Of a stretch of DNA of 64,000 bases, positions 27,605 to 43,179 are shown one piece after another. The translations under genes and the position numbers were made by a program. This DNA comes from Octopus vulgaris (taxonomy: Eukaryota). The stretch covers positions 20,894,001-20,958,000 of the forward strand of contig OX597832.1 in NCBI GenBank assembly GCA_951406725.2, in the 5' to 3' direction. Every line of letters starts with the position of its first letter. Position 1 is the first letter of the stretch. The notes beneath the pieces are model-generated. The model worked only from the letters and a program-made list of their open reading frames with translations, was not told where the DNA came from and did not search any database.

Positions 27605-27830
27605 TTTCTTTCTTTATTTATTGACCACAAGTGGCTAAGCACAGACAAAGAGATTAAGTCGATTAAATCGACCCAGTGCATAACTGGTACTTATTCTTAT
27701 TTAATAGACCCCCAAATGCATGAATAGCAAAGTCAACCTCGGCGGAATTTGAACTCAGAACGCAGCGACAGACGAAATACCGCTAAGCATTTCACCTGGC
27801 ATGCTATATATATATAGGATTCGCCGCCCT
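27605..27830 (-). mobile_element. SINE family B
   Basis: CAAAGTCAACCTCGGCGGAATTTGAACTCAGAACG..GACGAAATACCGCTAAGCATTTC. Confidence 0.8.
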
Positions 27831-27839
27831 ATATATATT

Positions 27840-27901
<62 letters not shown>

Positions 27902-28359
27902 CATACATACATATATATATACATACATATATATATACACATAAATATGTATATTCTATACATCTCTATTTCTCTATATATGTATATATATATACACACA
28001 CACATGCATACATAAATATATAACGAGAAACAAAGAGGCAGAGAGAGAGAGGGAGAGACAGACAGAATGACAGACAGACAAGCAGACAGACTGACATATT
28101 TGCAAGTATTTGTACTTTTATATAAATGCATTGAACACATAGGCTATCAAGACATTTATATGTTTATATACTTCCGGTTTTAGAAAATAGAATAATATTG
28201 CCATGCATATTTTACCGCGGCCTGGGCAGTATTTTATACGAATGCCGTCGTACTGTACTACACAAGATGCCTAAAGACTTATAATAACAATTATTGGTAA
28301 ATTTCAGCTGCTTGTCTTTATTTTCAAGTTATTTTATAGCTTTCGGCAGTTATTTTTCA

Positions 28360-28812
28360 TTTTATTCTTTCTTGTCTGAGACTTTGGACAGCGGCCATGC
28401 AGTCCCGACTTGAAGGTTTTGGTTCGAAAAATCAAGTCCAGTACCTGATCTTAATCCTGGTACTCATTCTATCTGTTTCTTTGACAAACGGGTAAATTAT
28501 GGGGACGTAAACGATTCAACACTGGTTGTCAAGTAGTGGTGGAGGACAAACACACAGAAAAACACACATATTGATGCATACATCATATGTGTGTGTGTAT
28601 AAGTGTGTGTGAGTGCATGCGTGTGTGTATGTGTGTGTGTGGGTGTGTGTGTGTGTATACGACGGATATCTTTCAGTTTCCGTCTCCCGAATCCATTCGC
28701 AAGGCTTTGGTCGGTCTGATGCTAACGCAGAAGAGAATTGCGCAAGGTACCACACAGTGAAACTGCATCCAGAACAATATGGTGCAAAGCAAATGTTTTA
28801 CCACTGTGCCTA
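28360..28812 (-). mobile_element. SINE family A, diverged copy
   Basis: GGGGACGTAAAC..GGTTGTCAAG..TTTCAGTTTCCGTCT..CAAGGCTTTGGTCGG. Confidence 0.75.
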
Positions 28813-28831
28813 AATATAAATAAATATATAA

Positions 28832-29051
28832 ATAAGGGCTCAACACAGAGGGGACAAACAAGGACAGACAAGCGGATTAAGTCGATTATATCGACCCTCA
28901 GTACGTAACTGGTACTTAATTTATCGACCCCGAAAGGATGAAAGGCAAAGTCGACCTCGGGGGAATTTGAACTCAGAACGTAACGGCAGACGAAATACCG
29001 GTAAGCATTTCACCCGGCGAGCTACGACTCTGCCAGCTCGCCGCCTTAATG

Positions 29052-29099
<48 letters not shown>

Positions 29100-29108
29100 G
29101 TAATAGTA

Positions 29109-29173
<65 letters not shown>

Positions 29174-29347
29174 TCCTTTGTACATGAGGGAGGGGCCTAG
29201 TCGATTATATTAACTTCAGTGTGTCACTGGTACTTAATTTATCGACCCGATTCGATGAAAACAAAGTCGACCTCGGCGGAATTTGAATTCAGAACGTAGC
29301 CGCAGACGAACTGCTTAGCGGCGTGCTAAAGATTTTGCCAGCTCACC
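28832..29347 (-). mobile_element. Two SINE family B copies (about 28832-29047 and 29185-29347) separated by (AAT)n
   Basis: Both carry AAAGTCGACCTCGG.GGAATTTGAA.TCAGAACGTA. Confidence 0.82.
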
Positions 29348-30587
29348 AAAATTACAGGTTTATGAGTTACACTAGTAATTTAGTGTCAAACTTGGGTGTG
29401 TCTTTGTTTCTGTTAATAGTTATAGTGTTGCTCCATGAATAAGTCGCACCCTTAATTCGGTGCTAAATCTTCGTTCGAAATTGTTTCCCTTCATAGTTTT
29501 AGCTTTGCCGCGAGTATAAGTTACATCCCTATTTTCGTATTAAATCGTGATACAAATTGTTTAGTCTTCCTAGTTTCATCTTTGCCTCTCGAATGTGTAC
29601 CAACCGAGCTTTTTCAGTTGAAATCAACTTTAAGACAGTGCGATATATACACGAGTATATATGTTTCTTACACACAAATTTTAGGCCTTGTCCATATAAA
29701 ATAATCGATATCTATGTTAAACATATAACATTCTACAAAAAGAAAAGGCAAAACTCTATAACACCGCCATAGAATCACTAAGTCATCATAAATTTTACCG
29801 AAACCAACATCAACTCAACCGCAAAGCCCCACATTTCACAACACAATCAATACTACTAGTGCCACCAATCCTTTATTTTATGGCTCCGACCTACCTCCAC
29901 CTCCAGGAGTCATATCATCCTCTACCCACTACCACGGTTAAAATTCAGTCCTATACACACACATACAAAACCACAAATGTACCTATATATACACATGGCA
30001 GCCATCTTTGCGCACTGATTTTTTTCTTTAATTTTATTTCTATCATTTTATTATTTCTTTTGTTTAATTTTTTTTTTTTTTATTCCAAGAACATTCTCCC
30101 CCACGACCGCCATATGTCTTCTGTCTGTCTTGCCGCAAGAAATGCATCCATTTTACAGGAAACCAAACTCCAGAACGTTAAACTGCCAAGCCTCGGGTAA
30201 TACGCCATTGTTGAATGATTCAAGCGCTAACAATGACAGGGGAATAGAATTCAGAAAGGTGACGGTGAGGGAGCAACGATGTTGGTGAATATGGTGATGA
30301 TGTAGGGGATAGTTCGAAATTGCCGTGAACTAGAATTCTGGGATTAGAAAACAGAATAATGCCTAGGTGCGATGTCTATTGCATTTATACAAAAGATGGA
30401 ATATAGAACGCAGATTCTTGTTCGGAAGTCGTTACCGTAGTAACTACTGCGTTCGTATCATTTTTTTATTGTTATATTTGTGGGTTTTGTTACGCTTTTG
30501 TTTGACTTATTTTTTATCATTATTAAAAAAAAATATTTGTATGTTATTGTTATTGGTTTTTTAATGTATTATCGTTCCAATTTGGTA

Positions 30588-30646
<59 letters not shown>

Positions 30647-30667
30647 TGTTTGTGCGTGTATGTGTGG

Positions 30668-30711
<44 letters not shown>

Positions 30712-30833
30712 GCCTGCATTTATGCATGTATATATATACATATGTGCATATATATATATATTTATGTATGTTTGTATCTATCTCTGTCGCTCTCTCTCTC
30801 TTTATACATATATATGCATACACACACGTAGAC

Positions 30834-30930
<97 letters not shown>

Positions 30931-30934
30931 TAGA

Positions 30935-31028
<94 letters not shown>

Positions 31029-31436
31029 TATAGATAGATAGATAGATAAAAACAGTCTGTATCTTTTGACAATACTAAAACACACGGACAGGAGAGATCA
31101 ACTCCACACTACGCACGCGAGAATCGAACTACACACACACATACCCACATACACGTACATGTATGTATATGCATTATATATATATAAGTATTTTCAAGTA
31201 ATATATTCATGCATATGGGTGCATATATATCCATATGTACAAGTGTAAATGCAAATATGCATATAATGTTATGTATAGAATTTAGAATATAAATGCATAT
31301 GTAATATACATACATATGAATGTTTGTGTGAATATGGTTATGTGTGCATGGGTATGCGTAGATATCTGTATACATAAAAATATATCATTGTGTATTATAC
31401 ACACGTATATGAATCTGTGCATAAGAAAATAGATAA

Positions 31437-31484
<48 letters not shown>

Positions 31485-31502
31485 GTATGTAGGTGGATAG
31501 GC

Positions 31503-31576
<74 letters not shown>

Positions 31577-31598
31577 ATAGGTATGTAGGCAGATAGGC

Positions 31599-31676
<78 letters not shown>

Positions 31677-32408
31677 AACAACTGAGTGTTTGAAAAGGAG
31701 ATAGAATACTGCGATCGTGTATGTGAGCGAACTGAGATACGGTATGCAATAAATAGCGAGATCTACCCACAGCGAAGGAAAAAGCAGACAGGAAAATATA
31801 GAGAAGACAAGACGGGCAGACTGGCAGAGACAGAATGACAAACAGTCGAACAGAAAGACAGAGAGACAGAGTAACTTAAAGACCCAACAGGAGTTAAGGG
31901 TTGATGGATATGTAAATAAAACTAACATAACCCCAAATGTGACATCTGAAAAGGAAGCGAGTTACCCTGGGGTAAAGAAGACTTCTTTGAGTTGTATTTT
32001 CAGAAAGAATTGAATACAAAGAATGAAAAAAAGTCGCAATTTAATGGGAATTATGGAATTTGACATTTATCAATTTTACATACCAATCTTCATAGACCAC
32101 ATGCATAGCCATACGCACACGCACACATATACATATGCACACACACACACACACACTTACACACACACACACACACACATATTTATATACGAGTTGCAAA
32201 TAAGGATTTTGTGCTTTGTAGTCTTGTACCATATTTTATTTTTTTGAGGCTCAAGACTCTTCATACACCCCTCGTGTATATATATATATATATATGTTCA
32301 TACTCACATATGTACACGCATTATGCGTGTGAGTGGATTGTGCGTGTATATGCTCTATATGTGTATGTTTGTATGCGTGCGAGAAGATAGTCACAGACAG
32401 ATGTAGAA

Positions 32409-32630
32409 GGCGGCGAGCCGGCAGAAATGTTAGCACGGTGGGTGAGATGCTTAGCGGTATTTCGTCTGCCGCTACGTTCTGAGTTCAAATTCCGCCGAGG
32501 TCGACTTTGCCTTTCATCCTTTCGGGGTCGCTTAAATAAGTACCAGTTAAGCACTGGGGTCGATATAATCGACTTATTCCTTTTGTTTGTCCCCTTTGTG
32601 TGTAGCCCCTTGTGAGCTGTACAGAAATAA
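32409..32630 (+). mobile_element. SINE family B (tRNA-like head plus conserved central domain), near full length, tail type 2
   Basis: GGCGGCGAGCCGGCAGAAATGTTAGC.., B-box-like GAGTTCAAATTCC, central GACTTTGCCTTTCATCCTTTCGGGGTCG..AAGTACCAG, tail TTTGTCCCCT..AGCCCCTTGTG. Confidence 0.85.
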
Positions 32631-32881
32631 AATGTAGAAATAGATAAATAGAAAGACAATGAGAGAGATAGAAAGAGAGGGAGAGAGAGAGAGAGAGACT
32701 ATGAATGCAGACTAAACATGTCTCATATGCTTAAGCATATCCTATCACTGAATGCGATTCGTGGTTTCGAACTCACCCGTGACATCTCACTCAATTTTCA
32801 CCCCTCGACACTGATTTTCCTTTGAAGACTCTCTCCCTCATATACAAACGTATATGTAACAGTGTAGAAGGCTGATGTTCA

Positions 32882-32940
<59 letters not shown>

Positions 32941-32952
32941 GTATGTGTGTGT

Positions 32953-33034
<82 letters not shown>

Positions 33035-33130
33035 AAAACTGTCGTGTGTATACATGCTTACATACTTGTATATATATATATATATATATATATTCACATA
33101 AAGAATTTTGCAATCCAGATATACATATAT

Positions 33131-33350
33131 ATTTCTTGACTACCCACAAGGGCTAAACACAGAGGGGACAAACAAGGACAGACAAAGGGATTAAGTCGAT
33201 CATATCGACCCCAGTGCGTAACTCGTACTTAATTTATCGACCCCGAGAGGATGAAAGGCAAAGTCGACCTCGGCGGAATTTGAACTCGGAACGTAACGAC
33301 AGACGAAATACAGCTACGCATTTCGCCCGGCGAGCTAACGTTTCTGCCAG
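33131..33350 (-). mobile_element. SINE family B, tail type 2
   Basis: CCCACAAGGGCTAAACACAGAGGGGACAAACAAGG..GGATGAAAGGCAAAGTCGACCTCGGCGG. Confidence 0.85.
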
Positions 33351-34244
33351 AACCGTGTATGTGTGTGTGTGTGTACATTTGTATGTATCTTTGTCCCTCT
33401 GTCTTTGTTCCCCAAGTCAATGGACAACCGGTGTTAGTATTTTTACGTCCACGTAGATGAGCAGTCCGGTCAGAGACTGACAGATTAAATTCCGAATTTA
33501 AAGTATGAATGCTATTCGATCTGTTTTACAAACACCTTTCGTGTCTTTTCCTCACCATGATCATAGATCTATTTGCAAGCTTCTTTTAAGGAACTGTTAA
33601 TTCAAATTAATTATAAGCATAAAGACAGGCTTTTTCGTTGGAAATACGTATAAAACAAGTGAAAGATAAAAGATAGAGTATGTCAATACTCTTAATGAAT
33701 AAACCATTTAAATACAGGCATATTTTTCTTCCAATTATTTACTCTTGCGAACGCACAGCAATTTCTGGTGAGGCTACCACATGACAAGAGCACTCGAAAC
33801 GGCATGGTTGCAAACCGAGGTACGTACCGCTGACATGCCAGCGCCTTTTCTAAATATAATCAAAAAACTTTACGTGTAAAACCAATGAAATGTTAATGCA
33901 AATGCATGCCCTGCTCAAAGTGGCAATTATATTTCTCTCACACGGAAAATGCTGTCTTGAAAATATAATATCATGTCGGATAATCGAGCCTTTGGAAAAT
34001 TCTGTTTAATAATTTGGGATGATATTATTACAAGGAAGACGATTTTTAATCAAAGACTTACCTGGAAATAAACAACCACAACAACAACGATAGACATATG
34101 AAAATTTGATATTTACCTGAAGACGTTTCGTTCCCGAAGAAGATAGGATTACATGAAAATAGATAAAAAGAAATTGTTTTTAAAATACGAGTTACAAATG
34201 GTAGGAATAATTGTCAAAGGAAAGAAGATATAATGGTTTATTTC

Positions 34245-34279
<35 letters not shown>

Positions 34280-34475
34280 AATTTAGTTTTAGTATTGCTT
34301 CAAGTTAAAACAACTGTCATACAAAAGAAACAGAGGTATGGAGAAATAGCGGTTCGATATCCATTATACAGAAGATATACATGCATACATGTATATATAC
34401 ACACACACACACATACACACACACATATATACACAAGAAGGATATGCACAATAGTGTCAGAACAAAATACTTTAG

Positions 34476-35246
34476 ACTGCAAGGAACTTTAGACTGCAAG
34501 AACTCAAAAACACCCTAATTGACAGACATTACCCAGCTCAACTCATAGAGGATGGGCTCAGACGTACAACAGAAATCAACATAGAAACTTTAAGAAAAGT
34601 TCAACACAACAACACACCTTCCCCGAAAATACTACCTTATATATCCACATACAACCCCAGAAACAAAGAGGCCTTCACCATCATCACCCAGAATTTACCA
34701 ATACTTCATAAAAACCCCAAATTAAAGGAAATTCTAAACATACACCAAATCATTAAAAGCTACAAACAACCTAAATCACTTAAAAAGATTCTCACAAAGG
34801 CAAAATTGTTTTCTGAAATTACGGATGCAAAAGTTAAAAAATGTGGTAGCCCGAACTGTGCAACATGTCCAAACCTGCTAGAAGGATCAGAATTCCTCTT
34901 CAAAGAGGGACAGAAATTCAAGATCAAATCTAATTATATTTGTGCCTCTGAAAACATAATTTATGTCATAAAATGCTCGGGCTGCCAGCAAAACTACGTG
35001 GGGTCCACGGGACTATCACTTAGACGTAGATGCACACTGCATCGACAACAGATTGCATTCCCAGAATACAGAATGATACCCTTTAGTGAGCACATTGAGA
35101 AATGCGCAAAGCAACTACTACCACAATTTTTAATCTTTCCATTTTACCAATGTGCTATCGGAACACCAACACAAATTAGACTAAACAAGGAAACATTCTT
35201 CATTATACAGAGAAACTCACTCCAAAAAAAAGGCAAGAAATATTAA
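34476..35246 (+). pseudogene. PLE ORF C-terminal part with GIY-YIG endonuclease domain
   Basis: Frame of track ORF 34806..35246 is open upstream to about 34476. Motifs: CGSPNCATC (zinc-binding linker), NIIYVIKCSGCQQNYVGSTG (GIY..YIG), LRRRCTLHRQQI, FSEHIEKC, RLNKETFFI. A duplicated ACTTTAGACTGCAAG (34469-34483 and 34486-34500) breaks the frame upstream. Confidence 0.88.
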
Positions 35247-35340
35247 GCGATTATCTCCCTTACACCGGAAGAAATCACTTATTACCTCCCCTTAGCTGGA
35301 ACTCTCTCCTTCACACTTCTCAATGTAAACATAACGAGGT

Positions 35341-35380
35341 AAGAAATTTGAAAAGCTGAACGCGAAACCGGTCATTTCTT
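35341..35380 (+). ncRNA. Minimal type-I hammerhead ribozyme fold, U3-A8 compensatory core
   Basis: AAGAAAT|TTGAAAA|GC-tgaac-GC|GAAA|CCGG|TC|ATTTCTT: 7-bp helix I, 2-bp helix II, palindromic ACCGGT stem III, GUC cleavage triplet. Lies about 95 nt after the GIY-YIG stop. Confidence 0.75.
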
Positions 35381-35608
35381 CAAAAACTATGTCATTGTAT
35401 GAAAACAATTTATAACATTCTTCAGACATAATGACTCAAATATATATTTTTTAACCTTTTAAAACAAGCCTTCTGTAGTTTTTTCACTTGTTACTATTAT
35501 CTATATATATATACATATATACATATATATACATACATATACATAAATTTATATATACATACATATACACATATATATACATATATATATACACACACAC
35601 ACACACAG

Positions 35609-35670
<62 letters not shown>

Positions 35671-36994
35671 ACGTATATATACATACATCGTACCGAAAGC
35701 GTACACTGGGTGTTCCTCTGGTATGTTGATTTTTGTTCATTCATTATAAATCTTGAATTATGCGTGCACTGAAGATTAAAAAGCGCATCTCTGCACTAAT
35801 TATGAAATCATGTGATTTGCAACCGAATTCTGTTTTTAAGTGGCTAGCTTCGAGATTTGCATTCCTTCGCTTTCGGTACGATGTGTTTATTTATTTTGGT
35901 AGCTTTGACTTTAAGAGACCCTCCTAGTGTGTGGCATTTATGTATAGTAATGCCCTCTATATAAAAGATATATAAATAAATAAATAAATAAATATATATA
36001 TATATTTAAGTATGTGTGTATGTATATACATATAAATTCTAGCTTGTACAAAGAACATCAATCAGCTATGATGCTATGATGCAAAGCGCCTCCGCAGGAT
36101 TCATGCATAGAATATCACAGCGATACCATCTCAGAAATGAGGTAATTCCAGAACAGAGAGAAATTAACATGAATAAAGAATGCGCAAGCTCTGCAAAGTT
36201 GAATGTCTTTCCAGTTTTGCAATCAACAGGTCGTGCCGTGCAGTTGCCCAATGGTATCCAAGGGAAACGATTGGGACAAGAAGGAAATCAAGGAGGCAAT
36301 CAAGAAAAAAAAATTGGAAGTGCATTGTGACAAGCGGTATATAACAACATCTGATAGTTTGTTCAATACAGATGTTAGAGTTGATATATATTATCATACA
36401 TATTTGTGTGTGTGTCTGTGTCTATCTGTGCGTGTGAATGTGTGTGGGTGTGGATGTGGGTGTAAGACACGAAAGTATTGTGCAGACAGCAAAGAAAATC
36501 TTCACCGTATCCTAGTCTCAAATTGGACATAATATTTTTAAAATGGCATACATCTTAATTTTAATCAATTAAAAATAATATGAAGCTTGACTGCATAGAG
36601 AAATAATCAAATTTAAGACGGGCTGATGAGGGAGCCTCTACGTGTTGATTCTACCCTTCAAGAAACAGCAGCGAAATCTTCCCTTAAAACAACTGAGAAA
36701 CAATAGATAATGAAGTCCAAAGAAAATTATATATGAAATATAGACCGAATGTTCATCTTCAGGTCTACATTTAAAAATGTCTGCTTCAGTATGCTTCAAC
36801 TAGGGCTAAAGTACATGCGTTAAGGAAACTTGATTGCTAAAAGTAAGTTAGAATGGGAATTCCGTATCACCCAAGCTGCATAAGCAAGGATATGAACTGT
36901 TGGCTTTACATTTAGAAAATATTTATTTGGAGAGCTATACAGCCCATGCAATATAATATATAATATGATATAATACATACATATATATATATAT

Positions 36995-37085
<91 letters not shown>

Positions 37086-37092
37086 TAGATAT

Positions 37093-37152
37093 GTTTCTTT
37101 ATTAGCCACACAGGGCTGCACGGACGGGACAGATTACAAAAAGCTTTTCTTA
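37093..37152 (-). mobile_element. About 60-bp 3'-terminal fragment of the Tx1-like LINE at the end of a (GATA)n tract
   Basis: GTTTCTTTATTAGCCACACAGGGCTGCAC..GGGACAGATTACAA..AGCTTTTCTT matches 44048-44112. Confidence 0.72.
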
Positions 37153-37322
37153 GTATAGATATGTCCCTGTGTATATATGTATGCATGTATGTATATATAA
37201 ATACATATTCATTTATTTACGTATGTTTGTGCATAAATATGTATGTATGTACGTGTATATATATATATATATATATACATATATATACATATATACATAT
37301 ATATATACAAACATATATATAC

Positions 37323-37437
<115 letters not shown>

Positions 37438-37954
37438 TGTGCTTAGGTACTTAGATACTTAGTTTCGGCCAGAATCGTCTCAGGCTATGATTAACGGAGT
37501 GTATGCATGTGTACATGTATATATAACACACATACATATGTTATATACAGACGATCGACACATCCGCTGATATATGTCTGTCGATATATATATATATAAA
37601 GATATGTTTATGTACATACACATGCAAAATGTATATATATGAAAGTGTGAAGTACGTGCATACGTACAATGATGCTGCGTTGCAATTTAGAACCAATTCT
37701 TGGCACTTAATTTCCATTAGTCTTGTTTAAAGTTAGATAGAAGCAATATATTTGTCATGCATACAGTCGCCAAATTGAAAACAGCAATCGGTAAGGAACA
37801 GCCACATGCCATATGATAAAAATAAAACGGACTCGGAACTTATTTCAAGAACAATATAAGGGTATTTATTACAATCTTTTCAAGCCATTGTATTACCCGA
37901 TTGGGACCATGTACGTGTATGTCAATACAGCCACACACACATACATTCTAATAA

Positions 37955-38000
<46 letters not shown>

Positions 38001-38041
38001 CATGTATATATGTATGTATATATATGTATATATATCTATAT

Positions 38042-38077
<36 letters not shown>

Positions 38078-38179
38078 TATAGATATATACATATATGTAT
38101 ACACACATATATGTGTACATATACATATACACATATATATGTGTAAATATACGTATGCATATATATATATATATGTATG

Positions 38180-38213
<34 letters not shown>

Positions 38214-39611
38214 CGTATATCTGTGTGTGCGTAAGTTTCTTAAGACATATATACGTACATAAATATATACATATAAACATGCATGTATATATATGTATAT
38301 ATACATATATGTATTTATATATATATATGTACACATATACATACACACATATGCATACATACACGCATAGTTACATGCATATATACGTATAAATATAAAT
38401 AAAGGAAAAATTTCGAAAGAAAGAAAGAAAAAATAATGAGATAAAATAAAGTATAAAATATAATATAATATATAAATGAGAATATAATCCTATTATATAA
38501 CGTAATATATAGTTTTGCATTATTGCCTTATTACAAACGATACAATATAGGAGAAAGTGAGATTATTAACTAATATATCATAGCATTTCTAAATAACTAT
38601 ACAAGTTATTAAAGCATCTATAATTACATAAATTTAATCTATTCATTGAAGTATTAAGCGATGCGCTACTCCGTACCTTTTTGCTGTGTTTCAGAATCGT
38701 ACACACGTGTATACGTAATCTGTATTATGTACTTGCGTTGGCTTGATATATAAATGTGTGTATGTGTGTATGTGTGTGTGTGTGTGTGTGTGTGGTTGTG
38801 TGTGTATTGTATTATATTAAGGGATAAAAATGATGTCGAAATGTAACTAAATCTATCTAGCATTCCTCTGAGCTTTTTCTCTGCTATCTGTACAATTTCC
38901 ATTTCTACGCCTATATAATTACTTTGGTTCATCACAAAAGTGTCACATCTACGGTTGAGCTAACTTGTATGAAATGTCAGTCAAAGAGCTAGCTTTAATT
39001 TACGCCTGCTAACACTAACTCGATGACTTATCAATTATAAACAATTCTGTTCTGTCAGAGAGATACAGAGAGACAGAGAGAGAGACAAACAGAGACAGAG
39101 ACAGTGACAGAGAGAAAGAGGCAGATAGGCAAACAGATTAATCGATACAGGGAGAAAGATAGATATGTTGTGTGTGAGAGACAGGGCGAGTGACAGCGGA
39201 AGAAAGAGAGATAAAGAAGCAACGCAACAGAGGGAAACAGAGTTTGTCATGTTCTGTGATTTTCATTACAGTCTTTCTGTTTACCTTTCTTTCATTCTGT
39301 TCTCCACTTACCTCCCTTCATACGGCCTCTCTAACGTTCTCTCTTTTCTCATTTTTCCTAGTTTTCGCAAAATGTCTCACCATGACAATACACACGTTCA
39401 AACACACACAAACACGTGTACATACAGACACAAACATGCACATACATACGCACTATGTATGGTGTGTGTGTGTATATATGTATATATGTAATTATGCATA
39501 GCTAGATGAATGTACAGTTGACTTTCTCTCATCATCGTTTTATCACTATTTATCAATCTATCTATCTCTGTATCTACCTATGTGTGTATATGCGTTATTT
39601 ATGTATGGTAC

Positions 39612-39710
<99 letters not shown>

Positions 39711-39926
39711 ATATATATATATATATATATATAGTTATATATATACACACAAATATACCTGCCGATCAATCTCTTCTCTATGCACTTACTTCAAGTTATT
39801 TAGATATAGATACATTCACACACAAACACACATATACACATAAATACATATATACATACACACATACATACATGCATACATACATATACATACGTATATA
39901 TGTATATATGCATATATATATATATA

Positions 39927-39973
<47 letters not shown>

Positions 39974-40257
39974 GTAAGTGTCTATAAATGTGTATATATA
40001 TATATATATATATAAATATATATATAGGCGTGTGTATGTATGTATGTATGTATGTATGTATGTATGTTTGTATGTATGTATGCATGTATGTATGTGAATG
40101 TGTGTCTAAGAGTGTATTTGAACATACATATTACGATATCAGTCTGGCTGACATTATAAAATGTTACGATTCGCTATCACACATACAATCTGTATGTTCT
40201 ATTTGTGTGTAGTCTACCAGTTCCTATGTGCACACACACACAGAAACACACACACAG

Positions 40258-40296
<39 letters not shown>

Positions 40297-40689
40297 GACA
40301 AACACACACACACAAACACCAAAACACATACATGCGATGACAAACTTGCATTCATATCCTCAACGCTCGCACGAATACACGCGCGCACACAAATACATAC
40401 CTCTCTGCGCTTATGCGTAAGTTTGAAGAAGAAGTTAACGGTTTGATAGTTGGGTAGATATACATTTCCACATATGTATCTGGGCGCCAGTGGATGCATG
40501 TGCTATTGCGTATATTTCAACGCATAGATATAATATTTTTCTGTATATATAAATATATATATATATATATGCTTCAGTGCCTGAGTATACGCACACACAC
40601 ACACTATATATATATATATGGCGACAATATATATCTAGTACGTGTGAATGAATATATTTATATATGTATGTATACATTTATACATATAA

Positions 40690-40787
<98 letters not shown>

Positions 40788-41549
40788 ATAGTTGTATATA
40801 TATGTATATGTGTATGCATGTATAAACATACATATGTATATGAGTCTACATACATACATACATATATATATAGATAAATAGTTGTATATATATGCATATG
40901 TGTATGCATATATAAACATACATATGTATATGAGTATACATATATATATACTTATGCATATAAATGTATATATGCATATATAAACACATATATACATATA
41001 TCGAAGCACACATACATAGATATATATATATATATATTGTCTCCAGGAATCAGTAGTTTTAAGTAGAGTGACCCGATCCGCGTCGATCTTTTGAGCCTCC
41101 ATTCATTTAACAGCCAGTTCAGTATTTCGACAGTCTCAGCTGACCTCGACACAACAATGCCATATAGATTACAGCGAAAACTAATGTGAAAACAAACCGC
41201 TTCTACGATTTTGGTTACCAGCGATAACCTAAACTAATATATTTCTGGACAGGATGTGCCAGATATCCAGTTTATGGTCAGATCCTATTCTTTCTAAATA
41301 TAAAATTGCAGTTTCAGAAAGTGTAACCTATGGAACGTTTCATAATATTATATGAAATAAAGGTTTTGGCCTCGCAATAAGGTCCTGAATAATTCAAAAT
41401 TTTTGTTCATTAAACGAGCACTTTGCGCTGTCTTTCACTGTGTCCAAGTCAACCACGACATTACTTACTCAACCACAATCGCGAACAATACCACCAACTT
41501 CAACTGCTGTCATACAATAAGTATTTGTTTCTGACACCATTGTTATAAT

Positions 41550-42340
<791 letters not shown>

Positions 42341-42509
42341 TGTTCAACATTTTGTAGGTTGAAGCAAAGTTTAACTGCATGACATCCTACATCTCCGTGT
42401 TATTGGGTTGTGTACAGTATTGTGTGTTCTTTTCCGCTGTTAGGTGTATGGAACCCTTTTTTCTTATTAGTATTAGTTTGCTACTTCTACTACTACTATC
42501 GTTATTATT

Positions 42510-43120
42510 GCGTTAGACTGTCAACCAAAATGCTTAGCGTTACTTCTTCTGACTCCTCGTGTTCTGAGTTTGAAATGAACCGGAGTCATCTATGCCTTTC
42601 TTTGCGACCAATGTCCACAAAAGTATGCAATCAAAAACAAGACTCGATAATTTGGAGAAATTCTCTCTACTCCACATTTTCTGGTCTTGCGAATAAATTT
42701 ATGAATATTATAGTCATAATCATTATCATTATTACTATAAAGGCAGCGAGCGGGACCAAATTCTTAAGGTCATTTCTCCCTTCTTTGTGTTCAGAGTTCA
42801 AGTAGCACCGATGTTTTTATTTTTACCTTTTATCATTTCAGGATCAACAAAGTAAGTACCAGTTGAGCACTGGGATTTATTTAATCGACTAACCCTCTTT
42901 CCATAAATTTCAGGCATTGTGCTTATATTAGGAAAGGACTGTAATCATTATGAACCCAGCGAGATGGCATAATCATCCGCACGTCAGAGAAAATAAGCCA
43001 CATTTTTTCGATCTTTACGTTCTGAGTTCAAATTCCACCAAGATCGACCTTACCTTTCGTCCTTTCATCCTTTGATAAAATAAATACCGGTCAAGCACTG
43101 GGACTGATATAATCGATCCT
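42510..43120 (+). mobile_element. Three tandem diverged SINE family B copies
   Basis: GTTC(T/A)GAGTT blocks near 42560, 42790 and 43020; AAGTACCAG/AATACCGG..GAGCACTGGG-type blocks in the last two. Confidence 0.68.
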
Positions 43121-43179
43121 TCAAAGCCTGAGTTTCGGTGACAAAAAGTCTCATATGTCAAGAATATTCCTTTGAATTC

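Larger units (their letters stand above)
34433..35500 (+). mobile_element. Penelope-like retroelement (PLE), 5'-truncated 3' fragment: end of RT thumb/linker, GIY-YIG endonuclease, 3' UTR with hammerhead fold
   Basis: Manual translation upstream of the track ORF gives RRICTIVSE..LQELKNTLIDRHYP..LPYISTYNP..IIKSYKQPKSLKKILTKA, a typical PLE thumb/linker, followed by a Cys-rich linker and GIY-YIG. A hammerhead fold lies at 35341-35380. Both ends abut (CA)/(TA) microsatellite. Confidence 0.9.

Noticed and set aside
36620-36680. CTGATGA...GAAA hammerhead-like motif
   Set aside because: No helix II closing next to GAAA and no helix I. It resembles another repeat fragment near 26977-27020.
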